Part shown: one piece after another, positions 8,256 to 17,938 of the stretch | Layout: each line of letters opens with the position of its first letter | Position numbering within the stretch: the stretch's first letter is position 1 | NCBI GenBank assembly: GCA_016292455.1 | Contig: JAEDIL010000001.1 | Coordinates: forward strand, 19,156 to 83,155 | DNA: 64,000 bases | Direction: 5' to 3' | Source of the DNA: Clostridiaceae bacterium | GTDB lineage: Bacteria; Bacillota; Clostridia; Oscillospirales; Acutalibacteraceae | The notes under the pieces: generated by a model | What the model was told of the DNA's origin: nothing | Seen by the model: only the letters and a program-made list of their open reading frames with translations | The model's database searches: none | Position numbers and translations under genes: made by a program

Positions 8256-9035
8256 ATGGAAAATCCGAAGAACAAAAAGTCTGTTGCTGTTATAGTTATT
8301 TGTCTTGTTGCGGCCTCGGCGGTAACAGTATCTTTGCTGTTTACCGTCAGGTATTACAAATACAAAAATGCGCCGCTCAGTCTTTCCGTTGCTTTCACGG
8401 TAACAGGTCACACCGGCTGTATGGGAGAAAAGGACAACTCCCTTGAAGCCATGCGTGCTGCAATCGGCGCCGGAGCTGATATTGTTGAATTTGACCTGAA
8501 CTTTAACAAGGACAAGGTTCCCGTTCTTTGCCATGACGAACCGCAGGGCGGCGAGGTCACGCTTGAAGAAGCGTTCATTCTTCTTTCGGAAAATCCGAAT
8601 ATTCTGGCAAACATTGACGCAAAAAGCACTGAAAATCTTGCTGCGGTTGAGAAGCTTGTTAAAAAATACATGCTCGAAAAGCAGCTGTTTTTCACCGGAA
8701 TCGAAGAGAAGGACATTCCGGCTGTAAGAAAAGACTGTCCGTCACTGCCATATTACCTCAACGTCAATGTTCAGAAAAGCCGCACCGGTGACGAAAGCTA
8801 CCTTCAGGAGCTGGCGTCAAAGGTTATTTCGAGCGGCGCTGTCGGAATCAACATGAACAAGCGCGCCGTTACAAAAGAGCTTTGCGACTTTTTCAGAAGC
8901 AAGGGTATTCTTGTTTCAATATATACGGTTGATTCGGTATATGATATGTACCGCGTGCTTTCCTGCGGACCGGACAACATCACGTCAAGAAAGCCTGACA
9001 AGCTTATAAGTGTTATCAATGAAAAGAAAAAATAA
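8256..9035 (+). CDS. membrane-anchored glycerophosphodiester phosphodiesterase family protein
   Basis: N-terminal TM segment (VAVIVICLVAASAVTVSLLF) followed by the GDPD signature HTGCMGEKDNSLEAMRAAIGAGADIVEFDLNFNKDKVPVLCHD. Confidence 0.8.
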   Translation: MENPKNKKSVAVIVICLVAASAVTVSLLFTVRYYKYKNAPLSLSVAFTVTGHTGCMGEKDNSLEAMRAAIGAGADIVEFDLNFNKDKVPVLCHDEPQGGEVTLEEAFILLSENPNILANIDAKSTENLAAVEKLVKKYMLEKQLFFTGIEEKDIPAVRKDCPSLPYYLNVNVQKSRTGDESYLQELASKVISSGAVGINMNKRAVTKELCDFFRSKGILVSIYTVDSVYDMYRVLSCGPDNITSRKPDKLISVINEKKK

Positions 9036-9053
9036 AAAGCGAGGTACTTCAAA

Positions 9054-10253
9054 ATGAGCAAAATCCAAATGAACAAAATCGTCGAAATGGACGGCGACGA
9101 AATGACGCGAATCATCTGGAAGATGATTAAGGACGAGCTGCTCTCTCCCTTTATTGAACTGAACACCGAGTATTACGATCTCGGACTCAGACACAGAGAT
9201 GAAACCAATGACCAGGTCAGCATCGACGCCGGAGAAGCCTGCAAAAAATATCATGTCGGTGTAAAATGCGCAACAATCACTCCCAATGCACAGCGCGTTG
9301 AAGAATACAACCTCAAAGAAATGTGGAAAAGTCCGAACGGCACAATCCGCGCCATTCTTGACGGAACGGTTTTCCGTGCCCCCGTTCTTGTCAGCGGAAT
9401 CAAACCGGCTGTCAGATTCTGGGAAAAGCCGATCACCATTGCCCGTCATGCATACGGCGATGTTTACAAGGGAACCGAGTTCAGACTCACTGAGCCGGGC
9501 AAGGCAGAGCTCCTTTTCACCGGCGAAAGCGGCGAAGAAAAAAGAGCGACCGTCTATGACTTTGAATGCGGCGGCGTTTTGCAGGCTCAATATAACAAGG
9601 ACAGCTCAATAAGGTCATTTGCCCATTCCTGTTTCAGATATGCGCTTGACACAAAGCAGGACCTCTGGTTCTCAACCAAGGACACCATTTCAAAACAATA
9701 TGACCAGACCTTTAAGCTCATTTTTGAAGAGATTTTTGAAAACGAATATAAAAAAGCCTTTGAGGAAGCCGGAATCACATATTTCTACACCCTGATTGAT
9801 GACGCAGTTGCAAGAGTAATCCGCTCAAAGGGCGGCTACATCTGGGCTTGTAAAAACTATGACGGAGACGTTATGAGCGACATGGTTTCAACTGCATTCG
9901 GCTCACTCGCAATGATGACCAGCGTTCTCGTCAGCCCCGACGGAAACTTTGAATATGAAGCGGCACACGGAACCGTCACAAGGCATTACTACCGCTATCT
10001 TGAAGGCGAAACCACCTCAACGAACCCCATTGCAACAATTTTTGCCTGGACGGGCGCGCTCAGAAAGCGCGGCGAGCTTGACGGCAACAAGGAGCTTATG
10101 GCTTTTGCTGACAAGCTTGAAAAAGCGTCGCTTGATGTCATTGAAAGCGGAAGAATGACGAAGGACCTTGCGCTCCTCTGGCAGGGCGAAAAGCCGCAGA
10201 CGCTTTCTACCGAGGAATTCATCAAAGCTATCCGCGCAGAGCTTGAAAAATAA
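9054..10253 (+). CDS. icd: NADP-dependent isocitrate dehydrogenase (eukaryotic-like subfamily)
   Basis: 399 aa. [21 protein letters not shown]...[15 protein letters not shown]...ATITPN... is characteristic of IDH1-type enzymes. Confidence 0.9.
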   Translation: MSKIQMNKIVEMDGDEMTRIIWKMIKDELLSPFIELNTEYYDLGLRHRDETNDQVSIDAGEACKKYHVGVKCATITPNAQRVEEYNLKEMWKSPNGTIRAILDGTVFRAPVLVSGIKPAVRFWEKPITIARHAYGDVYKGTEFRLTEPGKAELLFTGESGEEKRATVYDFECGGVLQAQYNKDSSIRSFAHSCFRYALDTKQDLWFSTKDTISKQYDQTFKLIFEEIFENEYKKAFEEAGITYFYTLIDDAVARVIRSKGGYIWACKNYDGDVMSDMVSTAFGSLAMMTSVLVSPDGNFEYEAAHGTVTRHYYRYLEGETTSTNPIATIFAWTGALRKRGELDGNKELMAFADKLEKASLDVIESGRMTKDLALLWQGEKPQTLSTEEFIKAIRAELEK

Positions 10254-10260
10254 GTAAAGC

Positions 10261-10287
10261 AAAACCGCCGATTCAACCGGCGGTTTT
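10261..10287. terminator. bidirectional terminator between icd and trmB
   Basis: aaaaccgccg (10261-10270) pairs with cggcggtttt (10278-10287). Confidence 0.8.
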
Positions 10288-10290
10288 GAA

Positions 10291-10974
10291 TTATCGGTTT
10301 TTCTTTGCCGAAAGGTAATATATCGGCTGACCGAGGTCTGAAAAACGCTTTTCATATTCCGTTACAATATTGCCCTCTGTTCCGCTTGAATGAAGGTCAA
10401 GCGAAACCTCCTGCAAAAGATAGCCGCACTTTGAAAACTCGCAGAGCGAAAACTCAAAAAAGTGCATATTATCTGTCTTTTGCTTGATTTCGCCGCCGTC
10501 TTTCAAAAGGCGTTTATACATTTCAAGGAAGCTTTCGTGAGTCAGGCGGTGCTTCGCCTGGCGCTTTTTCGGGAACGGGCAGGAATGGTTGAGATAAATT
10601 GTTTCAATGCTGTCTTGCGGAAGGAAATAGTCAAGCTTTTCCGCTCCGATAACCATGAAGCGCAGATTTTTCAGTCCGGCGCTCTTTGCCTTTTCCGCAG
10701 CCTGAACAACAACGTTCCGATTGACCTCAACGGCAAGAAGATTCATCTGCGGCTCTCTTTCGGCAAGCTCCGCCGCGAACTGACCTTTTCCGCAGCCGAT
10801 TTCAAGGTGAACGGGGTTGCTGTTGCCGAATACTTCCCTATAATCAAGGATATTTTTTTCAATGAGAGCATTGCCGTTCTCATCATATCCGCCGTGAACA
10901 TAGCCGAGGTCGAGAATATATTCGCCGCAGGCTTTGAGGCGCTCTTCAAGGTTCTTTTTTCTTCTCATTCGCAT
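10291..10974 (-). CDS. trmB: tRNA (guanine46-N7)-methyltransferase
   Basis: 227 aa with the SAM-binding motif HLEIGCGKGQFAAELAEREPQMNLLAVEV, plus typical TrmB length and N-terminus. Confidence 0.85.
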   Translation of the reverse strand: MRMRRKKNLEERLKACGEYILDLGYVHGGYDENGNALIEKNILDYREVFGNSNPVHLEIGCGKGQFAAELAEREPQMNLLAVEVNRNVVVQAAEKAKSAGLKNLRFMVIGAEKLDYFLPQDSIETIYLNHSCPFPKKRQAKHRLTHESFLEMYKRLLKDGGEIKQKTDNMHFFEFSLCEFSKCGYLLQEVSLDLHSSGTEGNIVTEYEKRFSDLGQPIYYLSAKKNR

Positions 10975-11067
10975 AATATTTATCCTGCCTTTAACAATAC
11001 TGTATAGTTCTCTGTTTCACACCATAGCAGTATACCATAAACGAACAGAAATTCAAGAGGTGATAAA

Positions 11068-11931
11068 ATGATTACACTGAAAAACCGGCTCAAAAATAGG
11101 CATCGCCGTATACGCTTTGAACGCTATCTCATCAAAAGGCGTCTTGCAGGCGAAAAGGTTTTCTATCCGCTCTATTCAAAGCAGGAGATTGAAGCCGAGC
11201 CTTCAAGAGTGTTTGCCAGCATAATTCCTTTTCCTATCGGCAACAATGCGCCGACAGTTATTCTCTGTCCGGGCGGAGCGTATGAGTTCATTTCCTTCAA
11301 CAACGAGGGCGGAGAATATGCAAAAGCATTCAACAAAGCCGGCTTCAATGTTTTCCTGCTTAATTACCGCGTTGCCGCCAATGCGCATTACCCGAATCCG
11401 ATGGAGGACCTAGCAAGGGCAATCTGCTTTGTCAAAGCAAATTGTTCCTCATTCGGTGCAGACGCCGAAAGGCTTGTGCTCTGCGGTTCCTCTGCCGGCG
11501 GTCATCTTTGCGCCTATTTTGCAGAAAGATACGGCGAATTTGAGAATATTTATCAGGGCAGGCAGTATTCGCTTCGCCCGCAGGCAGTTGTCCTCGCTTA
11601 TCCGGTAATCAGCATGATTCAGGACACTCACGAGGTCACGCGCTTTCGTCTGCTCGGTTCTCACCCGACGCACGAGCAAAAGCTTGACAAATCCGTCGAG
11701 CTGATTGCCGGCAAGGATTATCCGCCGACATTTTTCTGGCATTGCGAGGGTGACAGAACCGTTCCGATAAGCAACAGCATACGTTTTGAAGAGAGACTGA
11801 CCGAAATGGGTGTAAAGCACGTTTTCAGGCGATACGCGCGCGGCGGTCACGGAATAGGTCTTGCAAAAGGCACAACCGCCTCCGGCTGGTTTGAAGAAGC
11901 GGTTGCATTTCTGAAAGAAAACCTCAGGTAA
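11068..11931 (+). CDS. alpha/beta hydrolase (esterase/lipase-type)
   Basis: Oxyanion-hole region CPGGAYEF, nucleophile elbow GSSAGGH, and a late His in GGHGIG. Confidence 0.7.
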   Translation: MITLKNRLKNRHRRIRFERYLIKRRLAGEKVFYPLYSKQEIEAEPSRVFASIIPFPIGNNAPTVILCPGGAYEFISFNNEGGEYAKAFNKAGFNVFLLNYRVAANAHYPNPMEDLARAICFVKANCSSFGADAERLVLCGSSAGGHLCAYFAERYGEFENIYQGRQYSLRPQAVVLAYPVISMIQDTHEVTRFRLLGSHPTHEQKLDKSVELIAGKDYPPTFFWHCEGDRTVPISNSIRFEERLTEMGVKHVFRRYARGGHGIGLAKGTTASGWFEEAVAFLKENLR

Positions 11932-11941
11932 TATGAAAACG

Positions 11942-11979
11942 AAAAAATATCCGGAGAGAGCGTCTCCGGATATTTTTTT
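11942..11979. terminator. bidirectional terminator (esterase gene and end of the rnf operon)
   Basis: atatccggaga (11947-11957) pairs with tctccggatat (11963-11973), flanked by an A5 run and a T6 run. Confidence 0.85.
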
Positions 11980-11982
11980 AAA

Positions 11983-12792
11983 TCAGAAGTTTCTTTTTAA
12001 CATATAAAGGTCAATACAGCCTACCGGGCAGACGGCGTGGCACTTTCCGCAGCCGACGCATTTGTCATAATCAACCTTTGCGCAGAAGTTTTCAACCGTA
12101 ACTGCGCCTTCTTCACAAGCCTTGACGCACTTCATGCAGCCGATACAGCCGGCTTTGCACTGTTTTCTCGTCTGCGCTCCCTTGTCATGGTTTTTGCAGA
12201 GAACCGCAGCCTTGATCGTGTCAAGAGGGAACAGGTCGATGAGCTGTCTCGGGCAGGTTTTGATGCATTTTTTGCAGGCGCGGCATTTGCTCGGGTTGAT
12301 TCTTGCAACGCCGTCGCAGATGAAAATTGCTTCATAGGGGCAAACCTCAACGCAGTCACCGAAGCCGATGCAGCCATAAACGCAGGTCTTCGGTCCGCCG
12401 AAAAGCTGGGTTGCCATTTTACAGGACTGAACGCCGCTGTATTCAAGCTTCTGCGGTGTGTTGGTGCTGTTGCCCTGACACATTACCGCCGCAACCATCG
12501 GTGTGATTTTTCCTGCTTCAAGTCCCATAATCTTTCCGACCTGAGCGGCAACGTCATTGCCGCCGGGAATACAAAGACTGCATTCTTGGGTTTTTCCCTG
12601 GGAAAGAGCGGCGGCGTAACCGTCGCAGCCCGTGTATCCGCAGGCACCGCAGTTTGCACCCGGGAGACATTCGCGGATCTTCTCCGCTTTTTCGTCAACG
12701 GGAACGGCAAAAACTGCCGATGCCACGGCAAGTCCGATTCCGGCAACAAGTCCGATTCCGGCAACAATAGCAACAGGAATAAGAATACTCAT
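11983..12792 (-). CDS. rnfB: Rnf electron-transport complex subunit B (polyferredoxin)
   Basis: N-terminal TM helix, the CLPGANCGACGYTGC cluster, and several CxxCxxCxxxCP ferredoxin motifs. RBS GGGGAGGG. Confidence 0.9.
   Translation of the reverse strand: MSILIPVAIVAGIGLVAGIGLAVASAVFAVPVDEKAEKIRECLPGANCGACGYTGCDGYAAALSQGKTQECSLCIPGGNDVAAQVGKIMGLEAGKITPMVAAVMCQGNSTNTPQKLEYSGVQSCKMATQLFGGPKTCVYGCIGFGDCVEVCPYEAIFICDGVARINPSKCRACKKCIKTCPRQLIDLFPLDTIKAAVLCKNHDKGAQTRKQCKAGCIGCMKCVKACEEGAVTVENFCAKVDYDKCVGCGKCHAVCPVGCIDLYMLKRNF
12730..12765 (-). repeat. perfect 18-bp tandem duplication inside rnfB
   Basis: aagtccgattccggcaac occurs twice (12730-12747 and 12748-12765), encoding VAGIGL-VAGIGL in the N-terminal TM helix. 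Confidence 0.9.
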
Positions 12793-12807
12793 AGCTTTAC
12801 CCTCCCC

Positions 12808-13404
12808 TTAACCGAAAATGTTATCAACGATACCGGTAAAGCCGAGGAACGACACCGATGTCAGTGAAGCGGCAACGAGTGTGATCGGAAGTCCGCGCAT
12901 GAATTTAGGAATATCTGCGCTTTCAAGTCTTTCGCGGACTCCGGCAAACATTACCATCGCAAGCATAAAACCGAGTCCTGCGCCGACAGAGTTGAACATT
13001 GACTTGGCAAAGTTGTAGCCATTGTCAATGTTGAGAATAACAACGCCGAGAACCGCGCAGTTTGTGGTAATTAGAGGAAGATAGATTCCCAGAGCATTGT
13101 AAAGCGAGGGAATATACTTTTTCAGAACAATTTCAACAAGCTGAACCAAAGCGGCAATAACAAGAATGAAAACAATTGTCTGTAAGTATGAAAGACCATT
13201 GCTTTCAAGCAAGGTGTTGATCGGATAGCAGACGGCGGTTGCAAGAGCCATAACGAAAATTACGGCTGCGCTCATTCCGACAGCGGTGTTGAGCTTTTTT
13301 GAAACGCCGAGGAACGGGCAGATTCCGAGAAACTTTGCAAGAACAAAGTTTTGAGTCAGAATTGCCGTCATAAGGATTGCAAGAAGTTCTTTTGTCATTT
13401 GCAT
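12808..13404 (-). CDS. rnfA: Rnf complex subunit A
   Basis: 198-aa polytopic protein (FLGICPFLGVSKK...). Its ATG shares one nucleotide with the rnfE stop (TGATG), and AGGAGG lies upstream. Confidence 0.9.
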   Translation of the reverse strand: MQMTKELLAILMTAILTQNFVLAKFLGICPFLGVSKKLNTAVGMSAAVIFVMALATAVCYPINTLLESNGLSYLQTIVFILVIAALVQLVEIVLKKYIPSLYNALGIYLPLITTNCAVLGVVILNIDNGYNFAKSMFNSVGAGLGFMLAMVMFAGVRERLESADIPKFMRGLPITLVAASLTSVSFLGFTGIVDNIFG

Positions 13405-14132
13405 CAGATTACAGCCTCCTTGCTATCCTCAACAGAGGAAGAATTTTCTTCACAGTTTTCCTTTGAATTGAGCTTGCAGGTTGCAGCCATCGGACAAGCC
13501 TCGCAGCCGCGCAGCTCAGCCCTGGGCTTTCCGCGGTTTTCCGCAATTCTGTTGACAACAGCCATAAGAATACCGAAAACGAAGAAGCCTCCCGGAGGAA
13601 GAATGAATACGAGCATCGGGTTCTGAGAAAGGAACGGAATGCTCAGTCCGAGGAAAGAACCTGCACCGAGAATCTCACGAACCGAACCCATGAGGAAGAG
13701 AGCGGCAGTGAAGCCGACGCCCATTCCGAGACCGTCAACGGCGGAAGCAAGAACGGGATTCTTGCTGGCAAAAGCCTCTGCTCTGCCGAGAATTATGCAG
13801 TTTACAACGATAAGCGGAAGGTAGACGCCGAGCTGTTCGTCAAGCTCGGGTGCAAACGCTTTTACAAGCATCTGGACAATGGTGACGAATGAAGCTATAA
13901 CAACAACATACGCGGGAATACGAACCTTATCGGGAATAACCTTTCTGAGTGCCGAAATTACAACATTTGAGCAGACAAGAACGATTGAAGCGGCAAGTCC
14001 CATTCCGAGCGCGGACTGAACCGAGGTTGTGGTTGCAAGCGTGGGGCAGGTTCCGAGAACGAGCCTCAGCGTTGGGTTTTCGGCAAGAATACCTTTTGTG
14101 AATTCCTTGCCGAGCGACTTTTTTTCAGCCAT
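13404..14132 (-). CDS. rnfE: Rnf complex subunit E
   Basis: The start is set to the ATG at 14132 (MAEKKSLGKEFTKGILAENPTLRLVLGTCP...). Upstream of that codon the track ORF overlaps rnfG. Confidence 0.9.
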   Translation of the reverse strand: MAEKKSLGKEFTKGILAENPTLRLVLGTCPTLATTTSVQSALGMGLAASIVLVCSNVVISALRKVIPDKVRIPAYVVVIASFVTIVQMLVKAFAPELDEQLGVYLPLIVVNCIILGRAEAFASKNPVLASAVDGLGMGVGFTAALFLMGSVREILGAGSFLGLSIPFLSQNPMLVFILPPGGFFVFGILMAVVNRIAENRGKPRAELRGCEACPMAATCKLNSKENCEENSSSVEDSKEAVI

Positions 14133-14694
14133 TGACAGCACCTCCCTTGATTTGCTCAAAAGCCTTTGAAGCGGCATTGACGGCAGAAACAACAGCCTTT
14201 GAAGTTATCGTTGCCGCAGTGATTGCCTGAACAGACTGTCCTTCGTTTGAGGTTTTGTTCACGGCAAGCTCACCGCTTTTGCCTTTGAAGCGCTCCTTGA
14301 ATTCCGGCTTGGTGCTGTTTGCACCGAGACCCGGTGTTTCGTCGTGAGAAAGAATTTCAATGCCGGTAATTACTCCGTCCATATCCATTCCGGTCATAAC
14401 CGTAACGTCTCCGCCGTAGCCTTTTGCTTTGCTGGTGAAAACAAAGCCGACCTCCTCTGCCCCGTCCTTTCCGGTGCAATAGCTGACGCCGTTTTCAAGC
14501 TCGGCAACCTCGGAAAACTCCTTTGCCTGCGGCAGAACTACCGTCCGCGAGGTATTCTCCTTCTGAACGGAATTTTCGGAAATCTTTTCTGCCGTAACAT
14601 TATTTGTGAGAGCAAGCAGAGTTGTTGCAACAAGGCAGATGAGAAGAAGTGCGACAGCCGGAATAATTATGTCCTTGGCGTTGATTTTTTTCAT
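14125..14694 (-). CDS. rnfG: Rnf complex subunit G (FMN-binding)
   Basis: N-terminal TM helix plus an FMN_bind domain (GYGGDVTVMTG...ILSHDETPGLG...VQAITAATITSKAV). ATGA overlap with rnfD. Confidence 0.9.
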   Translation of the reverse strand: MKKINAKDIIIPAVALLLICLVATTLLALTNNVTAEKISENSVQKENTSRTVVLPQAKEFSEVAELENGVSYCTGKDGAEEVGFVFTSKAKGYGGDVTVMTGMDMDGVITGIEILSHDETPGLGANSTKPEFKERFKGKSGELAVNKTSNEGQSVQAITAATITSKAVVSAVNAASKAFEQIKGGAVNG

Positions 14695-15698
14695 GCCTTT
14701 GCCGCCTCCTTTTCCTGCTTCTCTTTCTTTTCCTCAACAAAACCGAACGGCTTTGCCCTTGTCAGGTGCTCAATGTGAGGGACGAGAATGTTCATAAGTA
14801 TGATTGAGAAAGAAACGCCCTCAGGCAGCGAGCCGAAAATTCTTATTACCGATGTAATAAGACCGCAGCCGATTCCGAAAATGATGCGTCCTTTGAGATT
14901 TATCGGAGAAGTTGCATAGTCAGTAGCCATGAAAAACGCACCGAGCAGAAGTCCGCCGCCAAGAATTTCATAGGCGAGGAATTGAAGGTTGCCCTTTCCG
15001 GCAATGAGCATGCAAACGGCAACGGTGCCGATGAAAGAAAACGGAATTGCCGGTGAAATGACTCTTCTCAGCAGAAGATACAATGCGCCTGCGAGCAAAG
15101 CGAGCGAGCAGACCTCGCCCATTGAACCTCCGTGGTTACCGATAAGCATCTGAGTAAGCGACGGAAGATTCTGTGTGAGCGAAAGGTCTCCGCCTTTTGC
15201 GGCTGCAAGAGAAGCCATCGGTGTTGCGGTTGTTACGGCGTCCGCCGCCCAGCCGCTTGTGAACGGCGAAACCCATTTTGCCATTGCTGTCGGGAACGAA
15301 ACCATGAGAATTATTCTCGCAGTCATTGCCGGGTTGACAAAGTTCTGTCCCAGTCCTCCGAACATCTGCTTAACAACAACAATTGCAATCACGCTTCCGA
15401 CTGCCGCCATCCAGAGAGGCAGAGTTGAAGGGAGATTCAGCGCAAGAATGAGACCGGTGACAACGGCTGAGAGGTCACCGAGCGTTCCGGGGCGCTTCAT
15501 AGCTTTTCTTGAAAGGTATTCGGCAAGGACTGCCGTTGAGACGGTGACCGCCGTGAGCGCAAGCGCCTTTGTTCCGAAATAGACAACGGACATCACAAAC
15601 GCCGGAACAAGGGAAATAATAACGTCAAGCATAATTCCCGTTGTAGTCTCGCTTGAACGGACGTGCGGCGAGGGGCTGACAGTGAGTTTTTTTGTCAT
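14691..15698 (-). CDS. rnfD: Rnf complex subunit D
   Basis: Start at the ATG at 15698 (MTKKLTVSPSPH...), in an ATGA overlap with the rnfC stop. Contains DAVTTATP at the expected FMN-attachment region. Confidence 0.9.
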   Translation of the reverse strand: MTKKLTVSPSPHVRSSETTTGIMLDVIISLVPAFVMSVVYFGTKALALTAVTVSTAVLAEYLSRKAMKRPGTLGDLSAVVTGLILALNLPSTLPLWMAAVGSVIAIVVVKQMFGGLGQNFVNPAMTARIILMVSFPTAMAKWVSPFTSGWAADAVTTATPMASLAAAKGGDLSLTQNLPSLTQMLIGNHGGSMGEVCSLALLAGALYLLLRRVISPAIPFSFIGTVAVCMLIAGKGNLQFLAYEILGGGLLLGAFFMATDYATSPINLKGRIIFGIGCGLITSVIRIFGSLPEGVSFSIILMNILVPHIEHLTRAKPFGFVEEKKEKQEKEAAKA

Positions 15699-17038
15699 TG
15701 CTTTGCACTCTCCTCTCTGAGAACCTGCTTCGCAAGTCTCATATATTGAACGAGCGGTCTGCCTGACGGGCAGGAATAAGCGCAGGAGCCGCACTCCATG
15801 CAGACCATGGTATGACTTTTTTGAAGACCCTCCGCATCCTTGATTTTTGCAAAACGCTCAATCAGAGTCGGCATGAGTCCCATCGGACAGACTTCAACGC
15901 AGCGACCGCAGCGGATGCAGGCACGTTCGGGCTTTATTGCGTCCTTTCTGTCTGCAAAAGCAAGAATCGCATTATTCTGCTTACAGATCGGCGCTTCGGT
16001 GTCGCAAATTGCAATGCCCATCATCGGTCCGCCGGAAATAATCTTGCGCGGTTCTTCCTTGAAGCCTCCGCAGTAATCAATAATGTCCTGAATCCTGATG
16101 CCGATAGGCACTCGAAGATTCTTCGGTTCTTTGATTGCCGAGCCGTCAACTGTAATTGAACGGCTTATGAGGGGCTTTCCGGTTTCAATGTATCTTGCAA
16201 TGAAAGCAACCGAGGCAACGTTCATTACAACGCAGCCGACGTCAGCGGGGAGCTTTCCGGGTGGAACACGTCTTCCGGTTGCGGAAAGAACCATCATTTT
16301 TTCCGCTCCCTGAGGATATTTTGATTTGAGCGCCATAATCCTTATTGAGAAGTCGCCGCTTTCCCTGATGTACTTGTCAAAAAGCTCAATAGCCTTTGGT
16401 TTGTTATCTTCAACGGCAATTATTACGCTCTCAAAGCCGAGATACTTTTTTAGAAGCATAACGCCGTTCATTACGTTCTTTGTGTTTTCAACACATTCGC
16501 GGTAGTCAACTGTAATAAACGGTTCGCATTCAGCCGCGTTGACGACGAGCGTGTCAACACCCTTGTCCTCGGGAAAAGCAAGCTTGACGTGTGTCGGGAA
16601 GCCTGCGCCGCCGAGACCCACAAGACCGGACGCACGGACAGCCTTGATAAAATCCTGACGGTTCTCAATGACCGGCGGAGTAATGCCCTCATAAAGACGC
16701 ATTTCACCGTCTGATTCAATCGTGACGCCCTTTGTGATTATTCCGTTTGCAAGCTTCACGTCGCCGACAGCCTTGACAACGCCGGAAATTGTTGCGTGAA
16801 TCGGGGTGGAAACAAACTTGTCGGTGTCGCCGATCACCTGACCGACAGAAACGGTTTCACCGACCTTGACAGTCGGGGAACACGGGGCGCCGATGTGCTG
16901 CTGCATCGGAAGAACAACCGACTGTGGAACCGGCATTCTTTCAACCGGCAATTCGGCGGTGTTCTTGTTGTGGGCAACATTGACCCCGCCGCGACCCTTT
17001 CCGATTGCAGAAAGAACCTTGGGAATTGATTTTTTCAT
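15695..17038 (-). CDS. rnfC: Rnf complex subunit C
   Basis: Start at the ATG at 17038 (GGAG 8 nt upstream). Contains GLVGLGGAGFPTHVK and two 4Fe-4S motifs (CIRCGRCVEVCP, CMECGSCAYSCP). Confidence 0.9.
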   Translation of the reverse strand: MKKSIPKVLSAIGKGRGGVNVAHNKNTAELPVERMPVPQSVVLPMQQHIGAPCSPTVKVGETVSVGQVIGDTDKFVSTPIHATISGVVKAVGDVKLANGIITKGVTIESDGEMRLYEGITPPVIENRQDFIKAVRASGLVGLGGAGFPTHVKLAFPEDKGVDTLVVNAAECEPFITVDYRECVENTKNVMNGVMLLKKYLGFESVIIAVEDNKPKAIELFDKYIRESGDFSIRIMALKSKYPQGAEKMMVLSATGRRVPPGKLPADVGCVVMNVASVAFIARYIETGKPLISRSITVDGSAIKEPKNLRVPIGIRIQDIIDYCGGFKEEPRKIISGGPMMGIAICDTEAPICKQNNAILAFADRKDAIKPERACIRCGRCVEVCPMGLMPTLIERFAKIKDAEGLQKSHTMVCMECGSCAYSCPSGRPLVQYMRLAKQVLREESAKQ

Positions 17039-17055
17039 TCTTTCATCTCCAGATT

Positions 17056-17580
17056 TCAATTCTTTTTGAGTATATCAAGTCTCGGCATGACGGCATTGAG
17101 AACAACACCTGTCAGACTGCCGCTGACAATTGCAAAAAGCAAAAGATATTTGCCGTAGCCAAGCATTGCCGCGCCCGAAAGAACGCAGGAGCAAAGAAGC
17201 TGACCGGCATTATGGAACACAGCGCAGATTACGCCGATTCCGACAAAACTGAGACCTTTGTTTCTGAATCTGAGCGCCGCGCAAAGGGCAAACGCCGAAA
17301 GAAGTCCGCCGCAAAGACTCATAGTCCCCGCAACAGCACCCCTTGTTATAAAAGCAAAAAGAGCCTTTAAAGCTGTGATATACAAAGCACCGGGAAGCCC
17401 GGAAAGGCTTGCGGCAAACATTGTCACAATATTTGAAAGACCAACCTTGGCGCCTGCCGGCAAAAACGGCAGTTCCGGAAAAAGGAAGCCTTCAAAAAGG
17501 CTCAGCACCAAAGCCAGCGCGCCGAGTATTCCGAAAAGAGCAACGAAGTTCACCTTCGTTTTTTCATTCGGCAACGGCAT
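17056..17580 (-). CDS. Gx transporter family protein (Hpre_diP_synt_I-like membrane protein)
   Basis: FVALFGILGALALVLSLFEGFLFPELPFLPAGAKVGLSNIVTMFA... is the typical family N-terminus. The start is uncertain: ATG at 17580 or GTG at 17631. Confidence 0.7.
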   Translation of the reverse strand: MPLPNEKTKVNFVALFGILGALALVLSLFEGFLFPELPFLPAGAKVGLSNIVTMFAASLSGLPGALYITALKALFAFITRGAVAGTMSLCGGLLSAFALCAALRFRNKGLSFVGIGVICAVFHNAGQLLCSCVLSGAAMLGYGKYLLLFAIVSGSLTGVVLNAVMPRLDILKKN

Positions 17581-17938
17581 CAATGCTTTTTTCTTCGTTT
17601 TCAATGATAACAACAACCTTGTTCGGGACACACGCAGCAGTGTCTCCGTTTTTTGAAAGAGCGCCGCTTTTCAGGCAAAGCTTATCCGGACAGTCTGCAC
17701 GGAGAAAAGAAATTTTCCCGTTTTCAACCAAAATCACACAGCCGCCGACAGGCATTTCATAGCTCTCCCGCACCGCAGAAAGGTCAATTTCGCAAAGCTT
17801 CTCCCCGTTTTGCCAAACGGAGGCGACCGGAGGCTTATCCGCGGAAAAAAGCGGCAGAAGAAACAGAAAAACGCAAAGCAGACTCAGTGCGGCAATCAGA
17901 AAAACATCGCCCTTTTTAATTTTGAGTGAATTTTTCAT
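17564..17938 (-). CDS. NusG domain II-containing membrane-anchored protein (DUF1312)
   Basis: 124 aa with an N-terminal TM helix, then ...VILVENGKISFLRADCPDKLCLKSGALSKNGDTAACVPNKVVVII. ATGA overlap with the apbE stop. Confidence 0.7.
   Translation of the reverse strand: MKNSLKIKKGDVFLIAALSLLCVFLFLLPLFSADKPPVASVWQNGEKLCEIDLSAVRESYEMPVGGCVILVENGKISFLRADCPDKLCLKSGALSKNGDTAACVPNKVVVIIENEEKSIDAVAE

Noticed and set aside
8985-9590. Long ORFs in the track lying antisense to, or out of frame with, well-supported genes. Examples are 8985-9590, 12037-12867, 22287-22940, 22847-23719, 28095-28937, 32861-33784, 36018-36716, 46474-47277, 51337-52053, 60167-60745, 60748-61242 and 61226-61633.
   Set aside because: Each is fully covered by a gene with clear family motifs on the other strand or frame. 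Their translations are low-complexity (Arg/Ser/Leu/Phe-rich), and none has a visible RBS. They are shadow ORFs typical of moderately GC-rich coding DNA.
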